Of a DNA stretch of 64,000 bases, positions 1-10,247 are shown piece after piece. Position 1 is the first letter of the stretch. Each line of letters opens with the position of its first letter. A program made the position numbers and the translations under genes. Origin of the DNA: an uncultured Bacteroidota bacterium. GTDB lineage: Bacteria > Bacteroidota > Bacteroidia > UKL13-3. The notes under the pieces are model-generated. The model was given only the letters and a program-made list of their open reading frames with translations, was not told where the DNA came from and did not search any database. The stretch spans positions 39,636 through 103,635 of the forward strand of contig CAIYNF010000128.1 of NCBI GenBank assembly GCA_903927505.1. The letters are read 5' to 3'.

Positions 1-557
1 GCCGAAACCAATCTTAATGCATCTATATCCAAACCAGAATCGGTTTCGTCCATTATGCATAATTTAGGTTCTAACATGGCCATTTGAAATACTTCATTAC
101 GTTTCTTTTCTCCACCACTAAAGCCTTCATTCAATGAACGAGAAGTTAATGATTTATCCATTTCCATCTCTTCCATTTTTAATTTCATGAATTTCAAGAA
201 ATCCGTTGCTTCCATTGGGTCGAGCCCAAGGTATTTACGTTTTTCGTTGATGGCAGTTTTTAGAAAATTGGTGCTACTCACACCAGGTATTTCAACAGGG
301 TATTGAAATGCTAAGAACAATCCTTCTCTTGCACGGTCTTCGGGCGACAATGCCAATAGGTCTTTGCCCATGAAAAGGGCAGAACCATCATTTACTTCAT
401 AATCGGAACGACCAGCCAATACAGAGGATAGGGTGCTTTTGCCGGCACCATTTGGCCCCATGATGGCATGTACTTCACCTGGTTTAATGTCTAAATTAAT
501 TCCGTTTAAGATAGCTTTTCCTTCAATGGAAGCTTTTAAATTATTTATAGAAAGCAT
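1..557 (-). CDS. sufC: Fe-S cluster assembly ATPase SufC (N-terminal 185 aa; the C-terminus runs off the window edge)
   Basis: The reverse-strand translation begins MLSINNLKASIEGKAILNGINLDIKPGEVHAIMGPNGAGKSTL, an ABC ATPase Walker A motif typical of SufC. The start codon (CAT on the plus strand) is at 555-557. It lies immediately downstream of sufB on the same strand. Confidence 0.88.
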   Translation of the reverse strand, partial: MLSINNLKASIEGKAILNGINLDIKPGEVHAIMGPNGAGKSTLSSVLAGRSDYEVNDGSALFMGKDLLALSPEDRAREGLFLAFQYPVEIPGVSSTNFLKTAINEKRKYLGLDPMEATDFLKFMKLKMEEMEMDKSLTSRSLNEGFSGGEKKRNEVFQMAMLEPKLCIMDETDSGLDIDALRLVS

Positions 558-603
558 ATTTATTTTATTATTTTTATTGGTGCTTTTTTTGAGCTACCTT
601 ATA

Positions 604-2079
604 TTATCCTACCGAACCTTCAAGAGAAACTGCCAATAGTTTTTGTGCTTCTACTGCAAATTCCATTGGCAATTGGTTCAACACTTCTTTACAAAAACCA
701 TTTACAATAAGTGAAATAGCTTCTTCCAGCGCTATGCCTCTTTGGTTGCAATAAAATATTTGGTCTTCACCAATTTTACTTGTACTTGCTTCGTGTTCTA
801 AAGTGGCTGTATTGTTATTTACTTCAATATATGGGAAGGTGTGTGCGCCGCATTTATCACCAATAAGCATACTGTCGCATTGGGTGTAATTCCTTGCCAT
901 GCTTGCATTCTTGTTGATTTTTACCAAGCCTCTATAACTGTTTTGTGAGAAGCCGGCAGAGATGCCTTTTGATACAATTCTACTTTTAGTATTCTTACCA
1001 ATATGAATCATTTTTGTACCAGTGTCGGCTACTTGTCTGTTGTTTGTAACGGCAACTGAAAAGAATTCAGCAGCGCTATTATCACCTTTTAAAATGCAAC
1101 TAGGATACTTCCACGTAATGGCCGAACCGGTTTCTACTTGTGTCCAAGAAATTTTTGAAAAGGCACCTTCACAACTTCCTCGTTTGGTCACAAAATTATA
1201 AATACCTCCTTTACCATCTTTGTCGCCTGGATACCAATTTTGAACCGTAGAATATTTTATTTCTGCTTTCTCCATTGCTACCAACTCAACCACTGCTGCA
1301 TGCAATTGATTTTCATCACGCATAGGAGCGGTGCAACCTTCTAGGTAACTCACATAACTTTCGTCGTCTGCAATTATTAAAGTACGTTCAAACTGACCTG
1401 TATTCTCAGCATTGATGCGGAAATAGGTAGACAATTCCATTGGGCAACGCACCCCTTTTGGAATATATACAAATGAACCATCAGAGAATACAGCGCTGTT
1501 TAAGGCTGCATAATAATTATCAGTTGCGGGTACTACCGATCCTAAATATTTTTTTATTAATTCAGGGTGCTCATGCACAGCTTCTGAAATTGCACAAAAG
1601 ATGACTCCTTTTTCTTTGAGCTGTTCTTTAAAAGTTGTAGCAATTGAAACCGAATCAAATACAGCATCTACCGCAACACCTGTCAATCTTTTTTGTTCCA
1701 ATAAACTAATGCCTAATTTCTCAAATGTTTTTAGCAATTCTGGATCAACTTGATCCAAACTATCTAAGGTAATTTTTTGCTTAGGTGCAGCATAAAAAAT
1801 TACTTTTTGGTAATCTACTTTTGGGTAGGAGAAATTTTGCCAAGTAGGCGCTTCCATTTTCAACCAATTGCGATAGGCTTTTAATCGCCATTCTAACAAC
1901 CATTCGGGTTCATTCTTTTTTGCTGAAATAAAGCGAACAGTATCCTCGCTCAACCCAATAGGGGCTGTTTCCATTTCAATATCTGTAGAGAAACCGTATT
2001 TGTATTCTTGGCTAACAACCTGGTCTATAATGCCTATTTCTGGTTCCGACATGGGTAATGCTTCATTATTTGATGGCAA
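604..2079 (-). CDS. sufB: Fe-S cluster assembly protein SufB
   Basis: 491-aa ORF with SufB-like sequence throughout and typical SufB length, upstream of sufC in the usual sufBC order. Confidence 0.9.
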   Translation of the reverse strand: MPSNNEALPMSEPEIGIIDQVVSQEYKYGFSTDIEMETAPIGLSEDTVRFISAKKNEPEWLLEWRLKAYRNWLKMEAPTWQNFSYPKVDYQKVIFYAAPKQKITLDSLDQVDPELLKTFEKLGISLLEQKRLTGVAVDAVFDSVSIATTFKEQLKEKGVIFCAISEAVHEHPELIKKYLGSVVPATDNYYAALNSAVFSDGSFVYIPKGVRCPMELSTYFRINAENTGQFERTLIIADDESYVSYLEGCTAPMRDENQLHAAVVELVAMEKAEIKYSTVQNWYPGDKDGKGGIYNFVTKRGSCEGAFSKISWTQVETGSAITWKYPSCILKGDNSAAEFFSVAVTNNRQVADTGTKMIHIGKNTKSRIVSKGISAGFSQNSYRGLVKINKNASMARNYTQCDSMLIGDKCGAHTFPYIEVNNNTATLEHEASTSKIGEDQIFYCNQRGIALEEAISLIVNGFCKEVLNQLPMEFAVEAQKLLAVSLEGSVG

Positions 2080-2257
2080 ATTTAAATAAAAATTAGATTT
2101 ATTTATACTAAATCTAAATAATATACAAAGCTATTGATAGAAAGTTTTAAACCCAATAAAAATAACAGGTTTAAGAGGAAAAATTAGCACTAAAATTGAC
2201 CCTAATCCGAATAATTTATTTGTTTAGTGGTGACAAACATGGGTACTTTGCGGCGGA

Positions 2258-3031
2258 ATGGAAAAAACATCTCTTCACTTCAAAGAATATGGGCAGGGCG
2301 AACCTTTATTGATTTTACATGGTTTTATGGGCTCCTTAGACAATTGGCATAGTTTTGCAACACAATTTGGCGCCAAATACCATGTTTATAACCTCGATCA
2401 AAGAAACCACGGAAAATCTCCCCACAGGGAATTTCATTCAATACCTTTAATGGTAGCAGACTTGAAGCAATTTATTGGGGAGAACAAGCTATCTAAAGTA
2501 TCTTTAATTGGGCATTCAATGGGAGGTAAGGTGGCAATGGAATTTGCCCTTCGCTACCCAGAATTAGTGAATAAACTCATAATAGTTGATATAGCTCCCA
2601 AACAATACATACGTGGCCATGACGATGTTTTTAAAGCGATTTTTGCAGTGGAGCTTAATAAAGTAATTAGCAGAAAAGATGCGGAGAATAGGATGGAACC
2701 TTTTGTGCAAGATTTTGGTACAAGGCAGTTCTTAATGAAAAACCTAGATAGGGCTGAAGATGGCAGTTACAAATGGAAAATGAATTTAAATGTATTGCAC
2801 CGCGATTACGAAGAAATCATACGATCTATAAATAGTGATACTCCTTTTTTAGGAAGTACACTGGTTATAAAAGGTGGGAATAGCAGGTATATCAATACAG
2901 AAGATGAAACAGATTTTGAACAACTTTTCCCTGCTTACCAGCTAAAAAGTATCGCAAATGTTGGGCATTGGGTGCATGCAGAAGCACCAAAAGAGTTTTA
3001 TGAAATGGTGAACAAATTTTTGGCTTCTTAA
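2258..3031 (+). CDS. alpha/beta-fold hydrolase
   Basis: 257 aa. Has the HGFMGS oxyanion region and a GHSMGG nucleophile-elbow motif. Confidence 0.7.
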   Translation: MEKTSLHFKEYGQGEPLLILHGFMGSLDNWHSFATQFGAKYHVYNLDQRNHGKSPHREFHSIPLMVADLKQFIGENKLSKVSLIGHSMGGKVAMEFALRYPELVNKLIIVDIAPKQYIRGHDDVFKAIFAVELNKVISRKDAENRMEPFVQDFGTRQFLMKNLDRAEDGSYKWKMNLNVLHRDYEEIIRSINSDTPFLGSTLVIKGGNSRYINTEDETDFEQLFPAYQLKSIANVGHWVHAEAPKEFYEMVNKFLAS

Positions 3032-3034
3032 CCT

Positions 3035-3661
3035 TTAGGGTTTGAACCCAAATTCCGTTTTTAATTGTTCTTCGGTTTTATTTAAAATATTGACATCCAT
3101 TTTTATATCAGAATAAGGCCTGTCACTGGCATTCTTTGGCATTTTAGCAATGCTATCTGCTACATGCATTCCCGCAATTATTTTACCAAAAACGGTATAG
3201 TTTTTATCTAAAAAATGGGTGCCAGCTTTGTTGGTTACAATATAAAACTGACTACCATCTGATGATTTAGCAGGGTTATTGTCGCGCGCCGCACCTACTG
3301 AACCATAATCGTGTTTAAGGCTGTCAATAAATTCTGCTGGAATCATATAGCCAGGACCACCATCGCCATCATTGGTGGTGTCTAAATCTTTAGAATTGGG
3401 ATCGCCTCCTTGTATAACAAAATTTTGAATCACTCTATGAAAGGTGGTATTGTCAAAATAATTGGTATCTGCCAAGCCTAAGAAATTAGCACGATGTAGG
3501 GGCGTTTGTTTGTATAGCCACATATACATATTCCCAAATTTGGTTTTAATCTCAATGATTTTTTCTGTGGGAACCTCAGGCGTAACTATTGGACTAGCTG
3601 CTTTTTTACATGTTAAATTGAGTAATCCTATAATGGCAAAAAACAAAAATATTTTTTTCAT
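3035..3661 (-). CDS. cyclophilin-type peptidyl-prolyl cis-trans isomerase, lipoprotein
   Basis: Cyclophilin motifs FHRVIQNFVIQGGDP and GSQFYIVT are present. The ORF track extends to 3919, but the start is placed at the internal Met of MKKIFLFFAIIGLLNLTC because that gives a lipoprotein signal peptide with a lipobox. The longer ORF would overlap the divergent fbp gene. Confidence 0.75.
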   Translation of the reverse strand: MKKIFLFFAIIGLLNLTCKKAASPIVTPEVPTEKIIEIKTKFGNMYMWLYKQTPLHRANFLGLADTNYFDNTTFHRVIQNFVIQGGDPNSKDLDTTNDGDGGPGYMIPAEFIDSLKHDYGSVGAARDNNPAKSSDGSQFYIVTNKAGTHFLDKNYTVFGKIIAGMHVADSIAKMPKNASDRPYSDIKMDVNILNKTEEQLKTEFGFKP

Positions 3662-3788
3662 ATATAGCAATATAATAAAAAGTGCGCTATTGGCCAAAAA
3701 CCAATAAAACGCTAAACCAACTTTACAAAACATTTTCTTTTGAAAATACTGCATTAATATTAGGTTTGCACCACTAATCATTCCCCGT

Positions 3789-4784
3789 ATGTCAATTACA
3801 ACCCTTGGACAATTTATTATTGAGAAGCAACAAGATTTTCCTTTTGCTAAAGGTGAATTATCGCGTTTATTAAGAGATATTGGTATCGCTGCAAAAATCA
3901 TTAGCAGAGAAGTTAACAAAGCTGGTCTAACCCAAATTTTGGGCGAATACGGTTCTGTAAATGTGCAAGGAGAAGATGTGAAGAAGCTTGATATTATTGG
4001 TAATGAGACTTTTATTTGGGCCTTAGAAAAAGGTGGTGAAGTTTGTGCAATGGCCAGTGAAGAAAACGATGATATGATTCCATTGCGCGGAGCCTATTCT
4101 AAAAATGGCAAATATGTAATTTGTATTGATCCCTTAGATGGTTCGAGCAATATTGATGTAAATGTTTCTATAGGTACTATTTTCTCTGTTTACCGCAGAA
4201 TTTCTGAGCCTGGTTCCGAACCAACTTTAAACGATGTATTGCAAGCAGGAAACAAATTAGTAGCCGCAGGTTATATTGTTTATGGTACTTCAACCATGTT
4301 GGTTTACTCAACAGGTAAAGGTGTTTCAGGCTTTACCCTCGATCCAAGTATTGGGGAGTTTTGCTTAAGTCATCCAGATATTGTTACCCCTACAGATGGA
4401 AAAGTATATTCAATAAATGAAGGTAATGCAGGAGAATTTCCACAAGGAATTACTGATTACTTAAAGTGGGTAAAAGAATCAGATAAAGCTTCGAACCGAC
4501 CTTATACAGCGCGTTATATTGGTTCAATGGTTGCCGATTTCCACAGAAACTTATTAAAAGGGGGTGTGTTTATTTACCCACCCACAGCAAAAGCGCCCAA
4601 TGGCAAATTGCGATTAATGTTTGAATGTATTCCAATGGCATTTATTGCAGAGCAAGCAGGTGGCAAAGCCACTACAGGAACAGAAAGAATATTGGATGTT
4701 GATCCATCAGAAATACATCAAAGAGTGCCAGCTATCATGGGCTCCAAAAACATGGTTGATATGGTTCTTGAGTTTATGAAATAA
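3789..4784 (+). CDS. fbp: fructose-1,6-bisphosphatase class I
   Basis: 331 aa. N-terminus [14 protein letters not shown] and length are typical of class I FBPase. Confidence 0.88.
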   Translation: MSITTLGQFIIEKQQDFPFAKGELSRLLRDIGIAAKIISREVNKAGLTQILGEYGSVNVQGEDVKKLDIIGNETFIWALEKGGEVCAMASEENDDMIPLRGAYSKNGKYVICIDPLDGSSNIDVNVSIGTIFSVYRRISEPGSEPTLNDVLQAGNKLVAAGYIVYGTSTMLVYSTGKGVSGFTLDPSIGEFCLSHPDIVTPTDGKVYSINEGNAGEFPQGITDYLKWVKESDKASNRPYTARYIGSMVADFHRNLLKGGVFIYPPTAKAPNGKLRLMFECIPMAFIAEQAGGKATTGTERILDVDPSEIHQRVPAIMGSKNMVDMVLEFMK

Positions 4785-4819
4785 TAAAAAAGGCTGGACA
4801 ATTTGTCCAGCCTTTTTTA
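4785..4819. terminator. bidirectional rho-independent terminator between convergent fbp and hppD
   Basis: Hairpin AGGCTGGACA-att-TGTCCAGCCT (4791-4813) with an A-run on the 5' side and a T-run on the 3' side. Confidence 0.65.
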
Positions 4820-4836
4820 TTTGATATTAGTTTAAT

Positions 4837-5991
4837 TTATAAGGTGCCTCTTCTTGCTTGTTCTGCTTCTATAGATTCAAACAATGCTTGGAAATTTCCT
4901 TTGCCAAATGATTTCGCACCCTTTCTTTGAATAATTTCAAAGAACAAGGTAGGCCTGTCTTCAACAGGTTTGGTAAAGATTTGAAGCAAGTATCCTTCTT
5001 CATCTCTGTCAACCATAATTCCCCATTTTTTCAATTCATTTAAATCTTCTTCAATAATTCCAACACGCTCTTTCACTGTATCGTAATAAGAACCCGGCAC
5101 GTATAAAAATTCTACACCACGCTTACGCATTTCACTAATGGTGAAAACTATATCATTGGTAGCAACGGCAATATGTTGACAACCCGCACCTTTATAAAAA
5201 TCCAAATATTCCTCTACTTGAGATTTTTTCTTACCAATAGCTGGTTCATTAATAGGGAATTTGATATAACCATTTCCATTGGTCATAACCTTACTCATTA
5301 AGGCTGTATATTCGGTTGAGATGTCCTTATCATCAAAGGTAACCAAATTGGCAAACCCCATCACATTGGCGTAAAACTCCGACCATACATCCATGCTTCC
5401 CATTTCTACATTTCCAACCATATGATCTATATAACGCAGGCCTGTATCACCGGGATGATAAGCAGTTTCCAATTTTTCATAGCCAGGTAAAAACAAACCA
5501 GTATAGTTTTTACGCTCCACAAAAACATGTACGGTTTCGCCGTAGGTATGAATTCCACTCATGCGCACTTCGCCATTTGAATCATTTAAGGTTGTTGGTT
5601 TCATATATGATTTTGCACCGCGAGAAGTAGTTTGTTGATAGGCATCAAAAGCATCATCAACCCATAGGGCAATTACCTTTACGCCATCGCCATGCTCCCG
5701 CAAATGCCTGGCCATATCACTATCAGGAATAAAAGGAGTAGTTAAAACCAACCTAATTTTTCCTTGTTGCAAAACATAAGAAGTGCGGTCTCTTAATCCA
5801 GTTTCTAATCCCGCATATGCAAGGTCTTGAAAACCAAAAGCTGTCTTATAAAAGTGTGCTGCTTGTTTGGCATTGCCCACATATAATTCAACATAATCTG
5901 TTCCATTAATAGGTAAAAAATCCTGCGCCTTATCAAAAATTTTAGCGCCGCTGTAAGTGAAGTTTTCAACTTCAGTTAAATCGTTTTGCAT
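4837..5991 (-). CDS. hppD: 4-hydroxyphenylpyruvate dioxygenase
   Basis: 384 aa with two VOC-fold halves and an HPPD-like C-terminal FGKGNF motif. It is adjacent to homogentisate dioxygenase. Confidence 0.88.
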   Translation of the reverse strand: MQNDLTEVENFTYSGAKIFDKAQDFLPINGTDYVELYVGNAKQAAHFYKTAFGFQDLAYAGLETGLRDRTSYVLQQGKIRLVLTTPFIPDSDMARHLREHGDGVKVIALWVDDAFDAYQQTTSRGAKSYMKPTTLNDSNGEVRMSGIHTYGETVHVFVERKNYTGLFLPGYEKLETAYHPGDTGLRYIDHMVGNVEMGSMDVWSEFYANVMGFANLVTFDDKDISTEYTALMSKVMTNGNGYIKFPINEPAIGKKKSQVEEYLDFYKGAGCQHIAVATNDIVFTISEMRKRGVEFLYVPGSYYDTVKERVGIIEEDLNELKKWGIMVDRDEEGYLLQIFTKPVEDRPTLFFEIIQRKGAKSFGKGNFQALFESIEAEQARRGTL

Positions 5992-6074
5992 GGTTTAAAT
6001 TTTAGTTTTTTTGTTTGTCGCAATTTTAAAAAGCTTTATGAAATAAGCCATCCACATTGATTCGTATTTGCGTG

Positions 6075-7250
6075 TTAAACTGTTTCAGGTTTCTTGCTAA
6101 TCCAACTTTGGTAATAATCTTTCAACTCATAATCCATGGCATCTTTCGTTATTTTTACCGGATTAAATGGATCAATCATTACAGCCAATTCATTGGTTGC
6201 AGGTTTACCAATACTTCGTTCAATTGCTCCTGGGTGGGGTCCATGTGGAATGCCTCCCGGATGCAATGTGATTTGTCCTTTTTGTATATTATTCCTGCTC
6301 ATAAAATCTCCATCTACGTAATACAACAATTCATCACTGTCTATATTACTATGGTGATAGGGGGCTGGAATGGCATCTGGGTGGTAATCATATAACCTTG
6401 GCACGAATGAACAAATCACAAAATTCTTTCCTTGGAAAGTTTGGTGAATAGGAGGCGGCAGATGAATTCTACCAGTTATTGGTTCGAAATTAAAGATTGA
6501 AAATGCATATGGATAGCAATAGCCATCCCAACCAACAAGGTCAAATGGATGGTTCCCATAAATGTAAGGGTAAATCAACCCGCGTTTTTTAATTTGTATC
6601 AAAAAATCTCCCTGTTCATCAATGGTTTCAAGTCCTTGCGGCAATTTGAAATCACGTTCGCAGAAAGGTGAATGTTCTAAAAACTGGCCGTAATTATTTC
6701 TGTAGCGTGTAGGTGTTTCAATTGGACCATGAGATTCAACTATTAATAATTTATTATCCTGTGTGGTAAAATGTAATTGGTAAACTGTACCTCTTGGAAT
6801 GATAATATAATCACCATATTCAAAATTAATATGGCCATACATGGTTTTCAATGTGCCACTTCCTTTGTGAATAAATATCATTTCATCTGCATCTGCATTT
6901 TTGAAAAAATATTCTGTCAAACTCTTGCTAGGAGCGGCCAAGCCAATGGTCATATCGTCGTTTACAAAAAGGGTTTTTCTACTTTTTATATAATCAGCAT
7001 TGGGCTCAATATCATAACCCAAATAACTTCTAGCTTGCAAATTGTCTTCAATGGCTACTTCGGGTCGAACCGAATAAGCCTTGCCATGTTCTTTTACCAA
7101 GGTAGGTGGATACAAATGATATACCAAGGACGACATGCCTGCAAACCCTTCTGTTCCAAATAATTCTTCATGGTATAGATTTCCATTTGCTTGGCGGAAT
7201 ACCACATGGCGCTTGCTTGGAATTTTTCCTGCTTGTTGATAAATCGACAT
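6075..7250 (-). CDS. hmgA: homogentisate 1,2-dioxygenase
   Basis: 391 aa cupin-fold protein with HGD-like sequence. It lies upstream of hppD on the same strand, forming a tyrosine catabolism pair. Confidence 0.88.
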   Translation of the reverse strand: MSIYQQAGKIPSKRHVVFRQANGNLYHEELFGTEGFAGMSSLVYHLYPPTLVKEHGKAYSVRPEVAIEDNLQARSYLGYDIEPNADYIKSRKTLFVNDDMTIGLAAPSKSLTEYFFKNADADEMIFIHKGSGTLKTMYGHINFEYGDYIIIPRGTVYQLHFTTQDNKLLIVESHGPIETPTRYRNNYGQFLEHSPFCERDFKLPQGLETIDEQGDFLIQIKKRGLIYPYIYGNHPFDLVGWDGYCYPYAFSIFNFEPITGRIHLPPPIHQTFQGKNFVICSFVPRLYDYHPDAIPAPYHHSNIDSDELLYYVDGDFMSRNNIQKGQITLHPGGIPHGPHPGAIERSIGKPATNELAVMIDPFNPVKITKDAMDYELKDYYQSWISKKPETV

Positions 7251-7343
7251 AGGGATAATAATTAGTTCTCACAAAATTATCCGCAGACACCTCCTATGAA
7301 TATGACCTAGGTCAGTTTTTAATATGATTTAATAAAGCCGAAA

Positions 7344-8684
7344 TTAAAATGAAATCAACCCTGTTAGGTTCAAGAAGAATACTGCTAGCGTAAGTAAAGA
7401 ATAAAAAACATATTCAGTTACAGAGGTGTATTTACTTAATTGAACTCCCTCCATTTTACAATAAATTACCAATAGTATTTTTTCTACCATAAAGGAAATA
7501 ACCGTGGCATAAGCAATACCTTCAATGCCCATAAAACCTATTAACCAAAAAGATAGGATGCAGTTAATAATTAAATAATTGGTGCTTACCAAATAGAAAA
7601 TTCTATTTTTCATTAAGCCCATTATTACAGTTTGCGGAAACAACATTCTGCTAATGATGAGCAAAAGATAAATGTTAAAAATCTTATAACCCTGCACCAA
7701 ATCTTGGTTATAGGCTAATTCGAAAAAGTATTTACTTACTAAAATCAATAGGATGGTAGAAGGAAACAACCACCGCATGAGCTTGGTGGAACTCGTTTTG
7801 AGCTTTGCTAAACCTTCTTGCAATTGCCCATTTTTATTAAAATTAGCAATTTCGCCACTGTAAATATTGCTTAAAGAATTGGCTAAAATTAAAAATATGG
7901 GAAGTTCTTTGGCGCCATATCTAAATACAGCAAAGTCAATAGGAGAGAAGTAATATTCAACAATAAAACTATTGATATAATCCATGCTTCCTGCCAATAG
8001 TATTGAAAATAAAAAAGGTAAAACCTTTTTCATGAATTCTTGAATAAGCCTGGTATGAAAGGAAATAAGAGAATATTTCATCAGCAAAACAAGCGTATAA
8101 TTAAACTTAATCATACTTAAAATAACCAATAAATTAATGGCTAGGTTTAAGGTCTGACGCATGAAAATTGGCAAGCACAATAAAATAATATGTGCACCAA
8201 ATGTTACAATACCCCAAATCATTAATGATTTGTATTTGCCCTTTAAATAGAAAATATAATCTGCTATATAAGTTGGCGTATTTAGAAACACCACCAAGCC
8301 AAACATTTGAAACAAATCGGCATCTTTTGGGTATTTGTAATGTCCAACAACAGCGGTTATGATACCTGCAACAAGACTAAAAATAGTGAGGATAGCAAAA
8401 GCATTAAATAAGATGCGCTTTTGCTTTTCTTCATCCGAAGCGTGGTAAAATGGAATGAGTGTATTGGTAATACTCGATACCCAAAAGAAAGTTAAGCTGG
8501 AGCTTAATAACATCAGCATTTCATACTTGCTAATTATTAAGGTGCCAAAGCCAGAAGTAAACCTACCGTAAGTTATTTTTGCCAGTAAAATAGAAATAAG
8601 AAAAAACGTACCGAACCTCAGAAATTGAAAAAGCTGTAGGCTGTTAAACTTATTGAGTTCGAATTTTGTATTTAATTTTAACAA
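7344..8684 (-). CDS. polytopic membrane protein, polysaccharide-biosynthesis/oligosaccharide-flippase (Wzx/MOP)-like
   Basis: 446 aa with about 12 hydrophobic segments. Composition and length fit Wzx-type flippases. Confidence 0.5.
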   Translation of the reverse strand: MLKLNTKFELNKFNSLQLFQFLRFGTFFLISILLAKITYGRFTSGFGTLIISKYEMLMLLSSSLTFFWVSSITNTLIPFYHASDEEKQKRILFNAFAILTIFSLVAGIITAVVGHYKYPKDADLFQMFGLVVFLNTPTYIADYIFYLKGKYKSLMIWGIVTFGAHIILLCLPIFMRQTLNLAINLLVILSMIKFNYTLVLLMKYSLISFHTRLIQEFMKKVLPFLFSILLAGSMDYINSFIVEYYFSPIDFAVFRYGAKELPIFLILANSLSNIYSGEIANFNKNGQLQEGLAKLKTSSTKLMRWLFPSTILLILVSKYFFELAYNQDLVQGYKIFNIYLLLIISRMLFPQTVIMGLMKNRIFYLVSTNYLIINCILSFWLIGFMGIEGIAYATVISFMVEKILLVIYCKMEGVQLSKYTSVTEYVFYSLLTLAVFFLNLTGLISF

Positions 8685-8862
8685 TTCTATTTGGGCTTAT
8701 TGGGCAAATATGCGAAAAATAATCTTTTATTAGCTCTTTCTGAGCTGTAAATACCAATTTATTTGTATCCAGCTCCAATAACGTTAAGCGCTATTATTTG
8801 TTATCTATCCAAATAAATTAAGGCGTTTTTTACTTCCATAAAATCTTCATAGCTTTGAACCC

Positions 8863-10224
8863 ATGTGGAAAAAGAATATTTTAGAAACCATTGGGCAAAC
8901 TCCCTTGGTTCAAATCAATAAAATTACAAAAGACCTTCCTTGTACCGTTTTAGCTAAAATAGAAACAACCAATCCTGGTAATTCTATCAAAGACCGTATG
9001 GCGCTAAAAATGATTGAGGATGCCGAAAAAGCTGGAACCATTAAACCAGGCTATACCATTATTGAAGGTACAAGTGGCAATACAGGTATGGGCCTTGCCA
9101 TTGCAGCAGTTATAAAAGGATATAAATGTATTTTCACCACAACAGATAAACAAAGCAAAGAAAAATTTGATGCCCTCAAAGCTTTTGGTGCAGAAGTAAT
9201 TGTTTGTCCTACCGATGTGGAACCAGAAGATCCACGCTCTTATTACAGCGTTTCTAGTAGGTTAATTAAGGAAATACCAAACTCTTGGAAACCTAACCAA
9301 TACGATAACCTTTCAAATTCTGCAGCGCATTACGAAGGCACTGGCCCGGAAATTTGGGAACAAACAGAAGGTAAAATAACCCATCTGGTTGTGGGTGTTG
9401 GCACAGGTGGTACCATTTGTGGCACTGGAAAATATTTAAAAGAAAAGAATCCAAACATCAAAGTTTTGGGAATAGATACCTATGGTTCTGTGTTTAAAAA
9501 ATACAAGGAAACGGGCATCTTTGATAAGAATGAAATTTATCCATACATCACCGAAGGCATAGGAGAGGACTTCCTTCCAGCCAACGTTGATTTCTCAATT
9601 ATTGATCATTTTGAGAAGGTGACCGACCGTGATGCAGCTATGATGACCAGAAGAATTCCGCGTGAAGAGGGTATTTTTGCGGGTAACTCAGCAGGTTCGG
9701 CAATGGCGGGCTTATTGCAAATGCGTCACATGTTTAAACCAGAAGATGTGGTAGTGGTAATTTTTCACGACCATGGCACACGTTACTTGGGTAAAATGTT
9801 TAATGAAGATTGGATGCGCGACCGTGGCTTTTTATTGAACGACCAAACACGTGCCATCAATTTAATTGAAAGTCATAAACACCTTAAACTGGTAACAGCA
9901 AATGAAGACCAAACCGTTGAGTCTGCGCTGAAATTAATGCGTAAATATTTCATTTCTCAGCTGCCTGTATCCAATAGCAAAGGTGAATTTACAGGCTCAT
10001 TGAATGATACTGCCTTGTTTAGTTTGTTGTTGGAAGACCAACATGTAAAAGCCAAATTGGTAAAAGACGTAATGTTGGCGCCATTCCCTTTTGTGGCAAC
10101 AGATACAGCTATGGAAGAGGTAAGTAAAATGATTACCAAAGACAATGCAGCTGTAATGCTCAAAGATTTAATGGGCGATTACCATATTATCACCCGCCAA
10201 GATATCATAGAAGCAATTTCATAA
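8863..10224 (+). CDS. cystathionine beta-synthase-like PLP enzyme (CysK-fold domain plus C-terminal CBS pair)
   Basis: N-terminal PLP fold-type II motifs (KDRMALKMI, GTSGNTGMGLA) followed by a C-terminal region of about 120 aa consistent with tandem CBS domains. Confidence 0.78.
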   Translation: MWKKNILETIGQTPLVQINKITKDLPCTVLAKIETTNPGNSIKDRMALKMIEDAEKAGTIKPGYTIIEGTSGNTGMGLAIAAVIKGYKCIFTTTDKQSKEKFDALKAFGAEVIVCPTDVEPEDPRSYYSVSSRLIKEIPNSWKPNQYDNLSNSAAHYEGTGPEIWEQTEGKITHLVVGVGTGGTICGTGKYLKEKNPNIKVLGIDTYGSVFKKYKETGIFDKNEIYPYITEGIGEDFLPANVDFSIIDHFEKVTDRDAAMMTRRIPREEGIFAGNSAGSAMAGLLQMRHMFKPEDVVVVIFHDHGTRYLGKMFNEDWMRDRGFLLNDQTRAINLIESHKHLKLVTANEDQTVESALKLMRKYFISQLPVSNSKGEFTGSLNDTALFSLLLEDQHVKAKLVKDVMLAPFPFVATDTAMEEVSKMITKDNAAVMLKDLMGDYHIITRQDIIEAIS

Positions 10225-10247
10225 TCGCTTCTATGATAAATTAACTA

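Noticed and set aside
2221-2260. A -7 promoter box for the alpha/beta hydrolase gene (GTACTTTG)
   Set aside because: TAcTTTG has only one spacer nucleotide and is not the TAnnTTTG consensus. It is too weak to annotate.
3662-3919. The 5' extension of the cyclophilin ORF to 3919, which would overlap the fbp start
   Set aside because: The internal Met gives a canonical lipoprotein signal peptide. The extension is hydrophobic junk and would overlap the divergent fbp gene by about 130 nt.
6057-7163. ORFs of 61-128 aa on the plus strand (6057..6395, 6136..6321, 6777..7163) inside hmgA
   Set aside because: They are antisense shadow ORFs lying entirely within a well-supported dioxygenase gene. They are low-complexity and have no independent signals. 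The same applies to the small antisense ORFs inside sucC, gyrB, dnaE2, the metalloprotease gene and others.
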